Origin: an uncultured delta proteobacterium
GTDB lineage: Bacteria; Desulfobacterota; Desulfuromonadia; Geobacterales; DSM-12255
DNA: 64,000 nucleotides
Direction: 5' to 3'
Assembly: GCA_963810975.1 (NCBI GenBank)
Contig: CAWEPN010000004.1
Coordinates: 1,157 to 65,156 of the forward strand
Each line of letters starts with the position of its first letter. Within the stretch, counting starts at the first letter, position 1. Positions 32,948 to 43,380 of this stretch are shown here, piece by piece. Made by a program: the position numbers and the translations under genes. The notes under the pieces were generated by a model. The model was not told where the DNA came from. It did no database searches and saw nothing but the letters and a program-made list of their open reading frames with translations.

Positions 32948-33835
32948 TTACCCCTTTGCTTTCGGATGCGCTTTGTCATAGACCTCCAGCAGCCGGTCGA
33001 TGCTGACATGGGTGTACTTCTGGGTGGTTGAAAGGGAGGCGTGCCCCAGCATCTCCTGAATCGAACGCAGGTCTGCGCCGCCTTCGAGGAGATGGGTGGC
33101 GAAGGTGTGGCGGAGCGTATGGGGTGAGGCTTTTTTCATGGTCTGGAGATGGAGCATGTATTTGTCGACAATCCGGGCGACGCTGCGGCGGGTAAGCCTG
33201 CCGCCCCGCGAGTTGGTAAACAGTGGCGCATTCATCCCCGGATTGCCCTTCATCTCAAGGTACTCTTCCAGGGACTTGATGGCTTTGCTGCCGAGCGGAA
33301 TTATCCGCTCTTTTCCCCCCTTTCCCAAAACCCGCACAGACCCGGCCAGAAGATCGACCCCTTTGACATCAAGTCCGGTCAATTCAGATACCCGCAGCCC
33401 GGAAGAGTAGAGCGTTTCGAGAATCGCCCTGTCTCTCGCCGGCAGCTCTTCAGGCAGTTTGGGGGCTTCCACAAGAGTGGTAATTTCATCTATGTTCAGG
33501 TGGAAAGGGAGCTTTTTTTCTTTTTTCGGAGTACTGACCAGTTCAGCCGGATTTTTCTCGATTATTCCGCGCCGGAGGAGAAATCTGAAGAGCGAGCGGA
33601 TCGCCGCCAGTTTTCTGCCGACACTGCTTTTGGTCAGCTCTTTATGGACTGAGGCGAGGTAACGGCGGATATGGAGATGGTTTATCTGCCGGATTGTCAG
33701 GGAGGGGTCTATCTGTTGGCGGAGAAATGCAGCGAACTGCTGCAGGTCACGGCTGTACGCTTCAACAGTGTGGGCCGAGGCGTTGCGTTCCGACTGCAGA
33801 TACTGGATAAATGTGACGATCTCCTGCTGCATCAA
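32948..33835 (-). CDS. Tyrosine site-specific recombinase, XerC/XerD-like
   Basis: N-terminal SAM-like core-binding domain (YLQSERNASAHTVEAYSRDL). C-terminal catalytic R...HxxR...Y with LGHASLSTTQKYTHV. 295 aa. Confidence 0.8.
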   Translation of the reverse strand: MMQQEIVTFIQYLQSERNASAHTVEAYSRDLQQFAAFLRQQIDPSLTIRQINHLHIRRYLASVHKELTKSSVGRKLAAIRSLFRFLLRRGIIEKNPAELVSTPKKEKKLPFHLNIDEITTLVEAPKLPEELPARDRAILETLYSSGLRVSELTGLDVKGVDLLAGSVRVLGKGGKERIIPLGSKAIKSLEEYLEMKGNPGMNAPLFTNSRGGRLTRRSVARIVDKYMLHLQTMKKASPHTLRHTFATHLLEGGADLRSIQEMLGHASLSTTQKYTHVSIDRLLEVYDKAHPKAKG

Positions 33836-33926
33836 CTCCTCCTGCCGCTGAGCCTATTTTTAGCAGAGTCCCGGCTTCTGCGCAATTTCTTTGACAGAGG
33901 CTTTTCCAGGTCGTTATATTTCAGCC

Positions 33927-35073
33927 ATGATTAAAGTTGCCCTGGAAAAAGTCGAATCATATGACGGCGAAGCGGTAAAAGCGGGTTTGGTGAACCTGCT
34001 GGCGCCACTGGGCGGGATTGAGACGTTTGTCAAGCCGGGCGAGCGGGTGCTGATAAAGCCGAACATGCTCTCTGCCAAGCCACCTGAAGCGGCGGTGACT
34101 ACTCATCCGGCCGTGCTGCGCGCAGTTATCGAACTTGTGCAGAGTGCCGGGGCTGTGGCGCTGGTCGGCGATTCTCCCGGATTTGGCACGCTGCGGAGCG
34201 TTGCAAAACGCAGCGGTATGCTGGCGGTTGTTGAGGCGACCGGTGCGGAGCTGGTCGAGTTTTCAGAGACTCGTGCTGTGGCTTCAACTGGCAAGTTCAG
34301 GCGGTTCGAAGTCGCTGCCGCTTATCTTCAGGCTGACCGGGTTATCAACCTTCCCAAGCTGAAGACCCATGAGATGATGACCCTGACCTGCGGGGTCAAA
34401 AATCTTTTCGGCATACTTGTCGGGGCTGCCAAGCCGGCCTGGCATCTTCAGGCCGGTTTTGACCGTGAACTCTTTGCCCGGGTTCTGCTGGAAATCTATC
34501 AACTCCGCCCGCCCGATCTGACGATTGTCGATGCGATAACCGCTATGGAGGGAGACGGCCCCGGCGAGTGGCGATCCTTGTCATGTCGGCCTGCTCCTTG
34601 CCGGGACTAATCCGGTTGCTATAGACATCATTGCTGCCGAGATTGCCGGAATTCCGAAGAAGTTGCTGTTTGTTGAGCGACAGGCAGAGAAACTGGGGCT
34701 TCAGGGTTCCGATAGAAGCACGATAGAAGTTGTTGGTCTTGATTTGAGTAGTCTGCATGTGCGACCCTTCAAGCTTCCACCTGTCTCCGATGTAGAATTC
34801 GGTCTTCCCCGCTTTATCAAAAACCGCCTGAGAAACCATCTGACAACCAGGCCGGTGCAGATAAAAAGCAGGTGTATTCTTTGCGGCGTCTGCGTCAGAG
34901 GCTGTCCTCCAGGAATAATAAAAATTGTCGGAAAGAAGCTGGAATTTGACTACAGCCGCTGCATTCGCTGCTTCTGTTGCAGAGAACTCTGCCCGGAAGC
35001 TGCGCTTGCTGTGCGCAAGGGTGTCCTGCTTAAAATCTTTGGTGGAAAAGAAAATATTGATCCAGCCGGTTGA
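33927..35073 (+). CDS. DUF362-domain protein with a C-terminal 2x[4Fe-4S] ferredoxin domain; one frameshift near 34590
   Basis: Track ORFs 33891-34610 and 34663-35073. CILCGVCVRGCP and CIRCFCCRELCP motifs. Confidence 0.6.
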
Positions 35074-35098
35074 CAACCTTGAGCGCGAGGATTATATT
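35070..35098 (+). promoter_or_regulatory. Sigma70-type promoter (TTGACA-17-TATATT)
   Basis: TTGACA at 35070-35075, 17-nt spacer, TATATT at 35093-35098. Overlaps the stop of the upstream gene. Confidence 0.55.
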
Positions 35099-35104
35099 TA
35101 AGTT

Positions 35105-35290
35105 ACCTCGAGGAACTTCACGAACGGAGTTAAATCCCGGAAAGGAGATCAAACGAAAATGTGGACAACAATTTATATGCTACGCCCGGTAACCCGCTGC
35201 AAGGAGGGTTGCCCTAGCAGGCCCACCGGATAAAACGGTGGGCGTATGAGACACGCCCCCTGGTCAGCGGATGACAGGGGGCTTTTTTAT
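35105..35290 (+). ncRNA. Candidate small RNA or structured leader, about 185 nt, with its own promoter and intrinsic terminator
   Basis: Several hairpins (GCCCACCGGATAAAACGGTGGGC, GGCGTATGAGACACGCC). Terminates at GCCCCCTGGTC-AGCGGAT-GACAGGGGGC TTTTTTATTT (35255-35290). No ORF. Identity not established. Confidence 0.35.
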
Positions 35291-35334
35291 TTGCGGCGCT
35301 CATCTTCAGGCCGCCTTTTCCCGCTCCTCAGTCG

Positions 35335-35430
35335 TCAAATCCTCACCGTAGCTTCCGCTACGCCTGCGGTTTTCCTCAATCGGATCGACAAAATTCGACC
35401 TAAATCTGAGCGCCTCAATGGATAATTTTA
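35335..35430 (+). repeat. Conserved about 95-nt upstream element (family C), copy 2, upstream of the macA-like gene
   Basis: AAATCCTCACCGTAGCTTCCGCTACGCCTGCGGTTTTCCTCAATCGG...CTAAATCTGAGCGCC. Shares CGTAGC..GCTACGCCTGCGGTTTT and AAATCTGAGCGC blocks with 21557-21650. Confidence 0.5.
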
Positions 35431-35514
35431 TCCACGGTCCTGAGAAAAAAAGGTGGTACACTGATTATCTCAATGATATGCTGAGTTCCGAAATTATCAT
35501 TAATTGAGGCATCC

Positions 35515-36760
35515 ATGAAAAAATATATCATTATTGCGGTTATTGCACTTATTGCTGTCGGTGCCGGATTTTACTTTGTCAAGAGCAGGAAACCGGAGAT
35601 TACTTATAAAACTGCCAGGCTGGAGAAGGGGACAATCGTTTCCACGGTCTCGGCAACCGGCAATCTCTCCGCAGTTACCACTATTCAGGTAGGTACCCAG
35701 GTTTCCGGGACCATCCAGAAACTGTATGTCGACTACAACTCGCGGGTCAAAAAGGGGGAGACGATTGCCGAGATCGATCCTTCGCTTTTCAACGCCTCCG
35801 TTGAGCAGTCGCAAGGGAACTTTCTCGTTGCCGAGGCAAATCTTCTAAAGGCCAAGGTTAGTCTGGCTGATGCCGAGCGGACTCTGCAGCGCAACAGAAA
35901 ACTTCTTGCTGACGGGATAATTTCCCAGGGGGATTTCGACATCTCAGAAACAGCCTGGCAGGCGGCAAAGGCTTCCGTCAAAGCTGCCGAAGGGAGTGTT
36001 GCCCAGACCCGCGGGGCGCTTATGCAGGCAAGGACGAACCTGCGCTACTCCATCATCCGCTCTCCGGTTGACGGGATTGTCATCTCCAGGGCGGTTGACG
36101 TCGGCCAGACCGTCGCCGCTTCATTCCAGACACCGACCCTTTTCACCATTGCCCAGGACCTCACCAAAATGCAGATTGAGGTTAGTGTTGATGAGGCGGA
36201 TATCAGCCGTATAAAGCTTGGTCAGCAGGCTACTTTTTCTGTTGATGCATATCCGGAGCAGAAATTTGCCGGCAAGGTGGTGCAGATCAGGAGTGCTCCG
36301 ATTGTTACCCAGAACGTCGTCACCTATGTGGTGGTTGTCAATGTGGATAATAGCGAAATGAAGCTTAAGCCGGGCATGACGGCTAATGTCTCCATCGTTG
36401 TTGCCAAAAAGGATGATGTTGTCAAGATTCCGCCGGCTGCGCTCCGCTTCAAACCGAAAGGTGGCGAAGAGAAACCTGCTGCAGCTAAAGGGTAAGCAGG
36501 AAGCAACTGTTGCCTCAATGGGGAAAGGTGGTCGTGAAGGGGGTAAAAAGCCGGGCGATAAGAAAGATGGCGGCCAGACAGTTTACACTCTGAAAGAGGG
36601 TAAGCCAGTGGCGCTCTCCATAAAGACCGGCATTGCCAGCAGTGGCAGCATCGAACTGGTCGAAGGGGATCTCAAAGAAGGGGACGAAGTAATTGTTGAG
36701 CAGACTGGCGGTATTGCCAATAAAAAGAGCAGCTCAAGTCCGATGGGGAGACCGTTCTAG
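35515..36760 (+). CDS. HlyD/MacA-family periplasmic adaptor of an efflux pump; frameshift near 36490
   Basis: N-terminal TM, coiled-coil and barrel domains. The C-terminal membrane-proximal domain (QTVYTLKEGKPVALSIKTG...) lies in the overlapping track ORF 36386-36760. Confidence 0.7.
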
Positions 36761-36763
36761 AAG

Positions 36764-37468
36764 ATGAGCAGCGTCATCACCCTCACCGATATCCGCCGGG
36801 TCTTTATCATGGGCGATCAGCAGTTCGAGGCCCTTAAAGGGATTTCGTTCTCGGTCGATCCGGGAGAGTTTGTGGCGATCATGGGGGCTTCAGGGAGCGG
36901 TAAATCTACCTGCATGAACCTGCTTGGCTGTCTTGACCGGCCGACTTCCGGGAAGTATCTGCTTGACGGTATTGATGTCGGCGGGATGAATTCGGATCAG
37001 CTTGCCGAGATCAGAAACAGTAAGCTCGGTTTCGTCTTCCAGGGGTTCAATCTGCTGGCCCGGACGCCGGCTGTTGAGAATGTTGAACTGCCGCTGATTT
37101 ATGCCGGCCTGAAATCTGCCGAGCGCCGCCGTATGGCTCGGCAGGCCCTTGAAAAGGTAGGCCTTGCAGACAAGGAGATGAACCATCCCAGCCAGCTTTC
37201 CGGCGGCCAGCAGCAGCGGGTGGCAATCGCCCGTGCTCTGGTGAACTCACCGGCAGTCATTCTTGCTGACGAGCCGACCGGCAATCTTGACAGCACCACC
37301 AGCGAGGAGATCATGAACCTGTTTACCTCGCTCAACCGTCAGGGGATCACCATCATCATGGTTACCCACGAAACCGATGTAGCTGCTTATGCCGGCCGGC
37401 GGATAACCTTTCGCGACGGACTCATCATTTCGGATAGTCAGACTGGTCTGACAAGTCTCAAGGTCTGA
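36764..37468 (+). CDS. ABC transporter ATP-binding protein (MacB/LolD-type)
   Basis: Walker [10 protein letters not shown], signature [15 protein letters not shown], Walker [12 protein letters not shown]. Confidence 0.88.
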   Translation: MSSVITLTDIRRVFIMGDQQFEALKGISFSVDPGEFVAIMGASGSGKSTCMNLLGCLDRPTSGKYLLDGIDVGGMNSDQLAEIRNSKLGFVFQGFNLLARTPAVENVELPLIYAGLKSAERRRMARQALEKVGLADKEMNHPSQLSGGQQQRVAIARALVNSPAVILADEPTGNLDSTTSEEIMNLFTSLNRQGITIIMVTHETDVAAYAGRRITFRDGLIISDSQTGLTSLKV

Positions 37469-37471
37469 CCC

Positions 37472-38680
37472 ATGGACTTTATCCAGACACTCAAAATAGC
37501 CCTCCGGGCGCTGCGCACCAACAAGATGCGCTCATTCCTGACCATGCTCGGCATTATCATAGGTATTGCGGCAGTCATCGCGATGATGGCGGTCGGATCA
37601 GGCGCCAGTTATGTGATTTCGCAGCAGATTGCCAGTATCGGCAGCAATATCATACTGGTGCTGCCCGGATCGACTACCAGCGGCGGTTTGCGCACAGGCA
37701 GCGGCGGAGCACAGTCGCTCGTCAGTGATGATGCCAGGGCGATTATGAACGAGTGTCCGTCCGTGGAGTATGCCGCGCCGACGACCAGAGGCTCGGCACT
37801 GGTTGTTTACGGTAATATGAACTGGACCACCATCACCATGGGGACGACGCCGGAGCTGTTTGTGATCCGTGAGTGGGGGGTGGCCAGCGGTCGCGGCATT
37901 GAGCAGCAGGATGTTGACGGCGCGCTCAAAGTCTGCGTAATCGGCCAGACCGTGGCGGAGAATCTCTTCGGTTCTTCCGACCCGGTTGATAAAATTATCA
38001 GGATCAAGAAGATTCCGTTTACCGTCATCGGTGTTCTGGAAAAAAAAGGGCAGTCGCCACAAGGGACGGATCAGGATGATGTCGTTTTCGTTCCGATCAG
38101 GACCGCCCAGAGGAATCTTGTCAGAAGCTCTACCCCCGGGACAGTTGGCGCTATCCTGGTAAAAGCGCGCGCAGAAAATCTTCTCGATGCGGCAGAAGAG
38201 GAGATAAAGGCGCTTTTGAATCAGCGCCACAGAATTACCAACAGCAAGGAGCCGGACTATTCGACCCGCAATCTCTCAGAAATTCTTGCGGTTGCAGAGC
38301 AGTCGTCAAAGGCAATGTCACTGCTGCTTGGTGCAGTTGCGTCGATTTCGCTGATTGTCGGCGGGATCGGCATTATGAACATCATGCTGGTTTCAGTTAC
38401 GGAAAGAACCAGGGAGATCGGTATCAGAATGGCTATCGGCGCCAGAAAAAACGATATTCTGCTGCAGTTTCTGACAGAAGCTGTGCTGCTGACGATGATA
38501 GGCGGAATTACCGGCATACTGCTGGGGAGCGGAGGGGCGATGGTAGTTTCGAACCTTCTCTCCTGGCCGACACTGATTTCTATTGAGTCGATCACCCTTG
38601 CATTTGTTTTTTCGGCTTTTGTCGGAATTTTCTTCGGTTTCTATCCGGCCCGTAAGGCGGCCATCGCTCAATCCCATTGA
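37472..38680 (+). CDS. ABC transporter permease, FtsX/MacB-type (4 TM plus large periplasmic domain)
   Basis: 402 aa with MacB-like periplasmic domain and a C-terminal FtsX 3-TM bundle. Confidence 0.85.
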   Translation: MDFIQTLKIALRALRTNKMRSFLTMLGIIIGIAAVIAMMAVGSGASYVISQQIASIGSNIILVLPGSTTSGGLRTGSGGAQSLVSDDARAIMNECPSVEYAAPTTRGSALVVYGNMNWTTITMGTTPELFVIREWGVASGRGIEQQDVDGALKVCVIGQTVAENLFGSSDPVDKIIRIKKIPFTVIGVLEKKGQSPQGTDQDDVVFVPIRTAQRNLVRSSTPGTVGAILVKARAENLLDAAEEEIKALLNQRHRITNSKEPDYSTRNLSEILAVAEQSSKAMSLLLGAVASISLIVGGIGIMNIMLVSVTERTREIGIRMAIGARKNDILLQFLTEAVLLTMIGGITGILLGSGGAMVVSNLLSWPTLISIESITLAFVFSAFVGIFFGFYPARKAAIAQSH

Positions 38681-38709
38681 TGCGCTTCGATATGAGTAGA
38701 AAATGAAAT

Positions 38710-38737
38710 GCCCCGCAGTAAGCTGTGGGGCACTTTA
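38710..38737 (+). terminator. Hairpin terminator candidate
   Basis: GCCCCGCAG-TAAGC-TGTGGGGC then ACTTTA. Confidence 0.55.
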
Positions 38738-38749
38738 TCCTATAAGAAG

Positions 38750-38900
38750 CATTTGAAACACGGAGCAACTGAGCAACAGAGTAAAAACAAAAGATAGACT
38801 TTTCTCGAAAAAACCGTTTTAAGACTCACCTTTTTGGTGAAAGACTGTTGCTGATGTAACCAACTGATTTCTCAGTTGCTCCGTTGCTCTGTGTTATTTG
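38750..38900. repeat. CACAGAG-type palindromic intergenic element, copy 10; lies between convergent genes
   Basis: TTGAAACACGGAGCAACTGAGCAACAGAGTAAAAAC ... TTTCTCAGTTGCTCCGTTGCTCTGTGTTATTTG. Confidence 0.7.
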
Positions 38901-38955
38901 AACTGCTGTTTATAGGTATATTGTAAGAAGCAAAGTTACAGCTGCCGTATCCCGG

Positions 38956-39360
38956 TCACTTTTTATCCTTGAGCAGATCCCGTATTTCCGTCAGCAATAC
39001 TTCTTGATTTGACGGGGCTGCCGGTGCCGCCGGGGCAGCAGCTTCCTGCTTCTTAAGAGAATTGATCGCCTTGACCGCCATGAAAATGGCAAAGGCAACA
39101 ATAGTAAAATCAACGACTGTCTGGATAAACTTTCCGTAGCTGATTACTACGGCCGGGTTTTTGTCAATTGCCTCCCTGAGAATAAATGACAAGTTGGAAA
39201 AATCGACTCCCCCCACCAGAACGCCAATCGGCGGCATGATCACGTCGCCGACAAATGACGAAATAATTTTACCGAACGCCGCCCCGATAATGATGCCGAC
39301 TGCCATGTCAACCACGTTGCCTTTTACGGCGAACTCCCTGAATTCTTTCATTACGCTCAT
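38956..39360 (-). CDS. mscL: Large-conductance mechanosensitive channel
   Basis: [33 protein letters not shown]... is the canonical MscL TM1. 134 aa. Confidence 0.9.
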   Translation of the reverse strand: MSVMKEFREFAVKGNVVDMAVGIIIGAAFGKIISSFVGDVIMPPIGVLVGGVDFSNLSFILREAIDKNPAVVISYGKFIQTVVDFTIVAFAIFMAVKAINSLKKQEAAAPAAPAAPSNQEVLLTEIRDLLKDKK

Positions 39361-39382
39361 AAAGTCCCTCCTTAAATGAAAG

Positions 39383-40356
39383 TTATTTTATGAGTCTACC
39401 ATATTCTTGCGAAGTTACAGCTGATTTCCAGTGACCGGAAATTCTCCCCATAACTGTTCCGCCGCAGAAGATCAGCAGCACCAGCAGCGCAAATATTATC
39501 CCCGGTATGGCGATTTTTCTGCCCGGCAGTTTCATTGCCAGTGCCCCTTCGGCCCGGCAGTAGCTGATGCAGCGCCAACAGCCGATGCACTCGGGCGAAT
39601 GAACCCGTTCTTTCGACATGACCGGGATGTATGTCGGGCAGAACTGGCTGCAGACGCCACAGGAGACGCAGGTTCCATGATCTCTTGTGACTTTCGCCGG
39701 TGAAAAGACCGCCACGAGTCCCAGCAGTGCGCCGTACGGGCAGAGGAAACGGCAGAACGGGTTTCTGAGCGGCAGTGACAGGAGCAACGTGACGAGAATA
39801 AAGAGCAGCGGCCAGCCGGAAAGGTTCAGAAAAAAGTCGAGCATCCGGACATCGGCGATCTTGTTGTAGTCCGAGTTGATAAAGGCGCTGACCTGTTCAA
39901 AGGCATCTTGATGAAGATGAAGTAGATGAAAAACGCCAGGAGCAGGTATTTCTGGCTGCGCAGGATCATATCGAGCCAGTGCGGCGTGCGGATGTTTCGC
40001 TTGAAAAGTGCGAAGCCCCGCTTCCAGAGGAGCTCTTCGATGGTTCCTATCGGGCAGATCCACGAGCAGAACGAGCGCCGCAGCAGCAGCGAAACAGCCA
40101 CAATCGAGACTAGAATGACCACGGAGGCGGGATGGATCGGGTTAATGCTGCCGGTTAAAAACCACTCCTTGACGCCGAGGAGTGCGGCGATCGGCAGAAA
40201 AGCCTCAACGCCCTCAGCTCTCGGGACTGGCGGTGAGCTGCCGCCGCTTCTGAAATGGGCGACAAATTGATAGAAACGGAAGCCGAGATAGACGATGAAA
40301 AAGAGGTAGAGCCACTGAATCGTTATTCTGAGCGGCTGCATGTAGCGATTGCCCAT
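39383..40356 (-). CDS. Integral-membrane polyferredoxin (NapH/MauN-like, 4Fe-4S binding); frameshift near 39950
   Basis: Track ORFs 39826-40356 and 39383-40063 overlap. CPIG, CPYG and CxxCxxCxxxCP motifs. Confidence 0.6.
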
Positions 40357-40518
40357 AGAAGAGAATTCCTTTTCCGCTGTTATGACTTTGCGACGTATTA
40401 TGTCGTAGGCCTGTGATAGCCTCTCTGTAACAGGATTACGGAGGGGTTATGGAACTTATATCATTTTTCGGGGCAGGAGTTACCATTTATTGCGGTTGGC
40501 TGGCAGCAGGAGACGATC

Positions 40519-41346
40519 TCAGGAGCTGGCGCCGTTTCCGGGAGGAGTCCCGCCAGAGAGCGCCGGTGAAACTGGCGAAGCTGCGGAAAAAGCCTGTAGC
40601 CGCAGATCAAGCAGATGGCGCGGCTGGACATTGGCCAGCGCTCTCAAGAGGCTCCGTTTGACATGGGGGATTGATTGCTGCAGATCGGTCAGGAGCTGTT
40701 TCATCTTCTTGCGCTGCATGTCAGCCGTACCGCAGACCGGACAGCAGCAGCAGACAACGGGGAAACTGTTCTCTCGACAGAATTGAATTATCTCCTTCTC
40801 CTCAACATAGACCAGCGGCCTGATGACGGTTGTCTCACCGTTGTCCGCCAGCATTGACGGCGCCATTGCCTTGAGGGAGCCGACAAAAAACTGATTGAGA
40901 AGCAGCGTTTCAATAAAGTCGTCGAGGTGGTGTCCGAGAGCGAGTTTGTTGCAGCCGAACTGCTTTGCCAGGGTATAAAGCGAGCCGCGCTTCAGCCGGG
41001 CGCAGATGGAGCAGTAGGAAGAGTCGGGGCGGCGCTTCTCTTTTATGATGTCGAAGTGGTTGGATTTTTCAAGATGATAGTGGAAGTTGTTTTCTTCCAG
41101 ATGTTTTACAATTACGTCGGAACGAAATCCGGGATAACCGGAGTCGATTGTTATGGCGACAAGTTCATAATTGATGGGGGCTCGTCGCCGAAGTTCGTCA
41201 AGAATATGAAGCAGAGAGTAAGAGTCTTTGCCGCCTGACACGCCGACAGCAATCCGGTCCCCGTCCTGAATCAGCGAAAAGTCGGCAATCGCCCTGCCAA
41301 CGGCATTTTTGATTTTTGTGTAATGGCGGTTTTTGAGTAGCGGCAT
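40519..41346 (-). CDS. ttcA: tRNA 2-thiocytidine(32) synthetase TtcA (PP-loop ATPase with Fe-S cysteines)
   Basis: PP-loop SGGKDS. CxxC pairs (CSIC, CPVC). Confidence 0.82.
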   Translation of the reverse strand: MPLLKNRHYTKIKNAVGRAIADFSLIQDGDRIAVGVSGGKDSYSLLHILDELRRRAPINYELVAITIDSGYPGFRSDVIVKHLEENNFHYHLEKSNHFDIIKEKRRPDSSYCSICARLKRGSLYTLAKQFGCNKLALGHHLDDFIETLLLNQFFVGSLKAMAPSMLADNGETTVIRPLVYVEEKEIIQFCRENSFPVVCCCCPVCGTADMQRKKMKQLLTDLQQSIPHVKRSLLRALANVQPRHLLDLRLQAFSAASPVSPALSGGTPPGNGASS

Positions 41347-42242
41347 TATAGATCCTGCTCCTGAAGTAAAAGACGGGTTCGAAGGGCAAAGTCGTTGAAT
41401 AGCCCATCGAGCGGCGCTTCAGCCCGGATTGTCTCACCCCTGCTTCCTCGAAAACTCATGCTGCGGCAGTGGAGCAGCATCCGTTCAGCCGGAGCGCCGC
41501 CATAAGGTGCGTCGCCGACTATGGGGAGTCCGCAGTGAGTCAGGTGGACACGAATCTGATGAGTGCGGCCGGTGACAGGTCTTGCCTCTATCAGGGCATA
41601 TTTGCCGGCGGTGGAGATGACACGGAAATTTGTGACAGAGGGCTTGCCGGGTAGGGTTACCCCGTAGCGGAACTTGTTCAGCTTGCCGATGGGCGCATCA
41701 ACAGTCCAGCGGGTCTCTTCGGGCAGATCGGCTACAATCGCCCAGTATACTTTTTCAACACGACTGTCTTTAAGCTCTGAAGAAATATAGGTGGCAGCCG
41801 ATTTGTTTTTCGGAAAGAACATGACGCCGGATGTGCCGCGATCAAGGCGATGAATGACCCGTGCCGGCTCGCTGCTCCCTTGCTCTTTGAGATACATTGC
41901 AACTGCATATTCAGCTGTGCCTTTAAGCTGGTAAGGTGTTCGCTGGCTATTAATTCCGGAAGCCTTATTAAGAGCCAGGTAGTTGCTGTCTTCGTAAAGG
42001 AGTTCTTCTTTGACGAGCCTGACATCAACAAAGCGCTCCGCTTCCATCACGCCGATAATGATTTCATCCCCCCGCCGGACTTCCCGGGAAGCAACCCGCA
42101 CCATGGTCTGGTTGACTGCACAGCCGCCGAGGTCTATGATCCGGCGAATCTGGGTTTTAGAGAGTTGGGGGAAGATGGTTTTTGCGGCATCATCAAGGCG
42201 TAGGCCGGACTGATCCGAAGCGACAAATGAGGAGAGAATCAT
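41346..42242 (-). CDS. RluA-family (RluC/D-like) 23S rRNA pseudouridine synthase
   Basis: S4 domain plus catalytic HRLDRGTSGVMFF. 298 aa. Confidence 0.8.
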   Translation of the reverse strand: MILSSFVASDQSGLRLDDAAKTIFPQLSKTQIRRIIDLGGCAVNQTMVRVASREVRRGDEIIIGVMEAERFVDVRLVKEELLYEDSNYLALNKASGINSQRTPYQLKGTAEYAVAMYLKEQGSSEPARVIHRLDRGTSGVMFFPKNKSAATYISSELKDSRVEKVYWAIVADLPEETRWTVDAPIGKLNKFRYGVTLPGKPSVTNFRVISTAGKYALIEARPVTGRTHQIRVHLTHCGLPIVGDAPYGGAPAERMLLHCRSMSFRGSRGETIRAEAPLDGLFNDFALRTRLLLQEQDL

Positions 42243-42368
42243 ATCCGCCAGTCTACTACGCCGACTGTGGTGCTGTACAGCGTAAATATTGCCGCGCCTT
42301 CAAGGAGATAAGTTGGAAATGGGACACCAAATCTGCTAGAAATAAAAGCCGGAGATCCTGGCAGTAAT

Positions 42369-42577
42369 TATCCTTAAAATGGCAGTTGGAGGTGTTCTGA
42401 AGAAGCGACTTGCCCGTAATTCGTCGTAATGCTTAGCGAAATGTAACGTCCGCAGCAGATATTGCCTGAACCCGCAGGGTAAGGACGTACACAGTACCTT
42501 TGGCTGCTGCAGTGAAATGAGCTTAGCATTACAGAATTCGGGCATTTAGAGCGCCGAAGGACATCTTTAACTGCCGA
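42369..42577 (-). mobile_element. Family-B element, full-length copy D, reverse orientation (MITE-like, about 208 bp with imperfect terminal inverted repeats)
   Basis: Reverse complement is near-identical to 61505-61712. Ends TTCGGCAGTTAAAGATGTCC / CACCTCCAACTGCCGTTTTAAGGA. The internal track ORF 42336-42545 is considered non-coding. Confidence 0.65.
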
Positions 42578-42636
42578 ATCTAGGATTATTTGTAAAGTTT
42601 GGCGGAGTCTATTTCATTATCAGGGAGTATCGGGCT

Positions 42637-43164
42637 ATGATTGAACTGTTGCGAAAAAGGCGGAGTATAAGGAGCTTTAAGCAGGAAAAAGTTGCTCCTG
42701 AACTTATTGCTACAATAACTGAAGCGGCTTTACGAGCCCCTTCGTCACGCGGCATAAATCCTTGGGAATTTATTCTGGTGGATGATCCTGAAATCATGCT
42801 GCAGCTTTCAGATGCAAAGCTGCACGGCGCTGCATTTTTAAAAAATGCGCCGCTTGGGATTGTCGTCTGCGCCGACACTACGAAGTCAGATGTCTGTGTC
42901 GAAGACTGCTCGATAGCGGCAATTATCATTCAGCTGACAGCCCTCTCGCTGGGGCTGGGTAGCTGCTGGGCGCAGATGCGCAAGCGCAAGCACAGGAGCG
43001 GCATAGACTCGGAATCTTTTGTGAGGGATTTGTTGGGGATGCCTGAGCAGATCATGGTCGAAGCCATCATCGGCATAGGCTATCCTGCTGAGAGCAAGAC
43101 GCCGGTGCCGATTGAGAGTCTGCAGCGCGAAAAAATCAGACATAACTCCTGGAGTGGCAAGTGA
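42637..43164 (+). CDS. Nitroreductase-family flavoprotein
   Basis: RRSIRSF, PSSRGINPWEF. 175 aa. Confidence 0.8.
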   Translation: MIELLRKRRSIRSFKQEKVAPELIATITEAALRAPSSRGINPWEFILVDDPEIMLQLSDAKLHGAAFLKNAPLGIVVCADTTKSDVCVEDCSIAAIIIQLTALSLGLGSCWAQMRKRKHRSGIDSESFVRDLLGMPEQIMVEAIIGIGYPAESKTPVPIESLQREKIRHNSWSGK

Positions 43165-43331
43165 CAGGGCAGATGCCCGGGTATGTCGAACCGCTGTTTC
43201 GCCCTCCCAGCGAAGCCAGAAGTCTGATTTTTCAGATTTCCATCGGCTGCTCGCAGAATTCATGCACCTTCTGCGGGAGGTATAAAGGCAAGAAGTTTCG
43301 GATAAAACCACTTGGCGAACATTACGACTAA
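43161..43331 (+). pseudogene. Radical-SAM protein N-terminal fragment (56 aa) ending where the family-B element remnant begins
   Basis: VTGQMPGYVEPLFRPPSEARSLIFQISIGCSQNSCTFCGRYKGKKFRIKPLGEHYD* with the Cx3Cx2C SAM cluster. Translation stops inside repeat-homologous sequence (the homology starts about 43320). Not in the ORF track. Confidence 0.55.
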
Positions 43332-43380
43332 TTACGGGCAAGTCGCTTCTTCAGAACATCTCCAACTGCCGTTTTAAGGA
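43320..43380 (+). repeat. Family-B element, solo right-end fragment (about 61 bp)
   Basis: CATTACGACTAATTACGGGCAAGTCGCTTCTTCAGAACATCTCCAACTGCCGTTTTAAGGA. Two mismatches to the copy-C terminus. Confidence 0.7.

Noticed and set aside
32948-33835. Tyrosine recombinase as an integrase marking a mobile island
   Set aside because: Its size (295 aa) and motifs fit chromosomal XerC/XerD rather than a phage-type integrase. No tRNA or att-like direct repeats were seen, so a genomic-island interpretation is not supported by sequence alone. It is kept only as context in the top finding.
35105-35290. Assignment of the candidate sRNA to SRP RNA, 6S RNA or a c-di-GMP riboswitch
   Set aside because: A partial resemblance CCCGGAAAGGAG to SRP domain IV does not extend to the conserved GGAAGCAGC. 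There is no 5'/3' end pairing as in 6S RNA. No GEMM tetraloop or receptor pattern is present.
42336-42545. 69-aa ORF MPEFCNAKLISLQQPKVLC... duplicated at 61538
   Set aside because: The identical peptide arises only because both ORFs lie inside the two near-identical copies of the family-B repeat. There is no RBS. The real nfeD start is the ATG at 61733 with a signal peptide.
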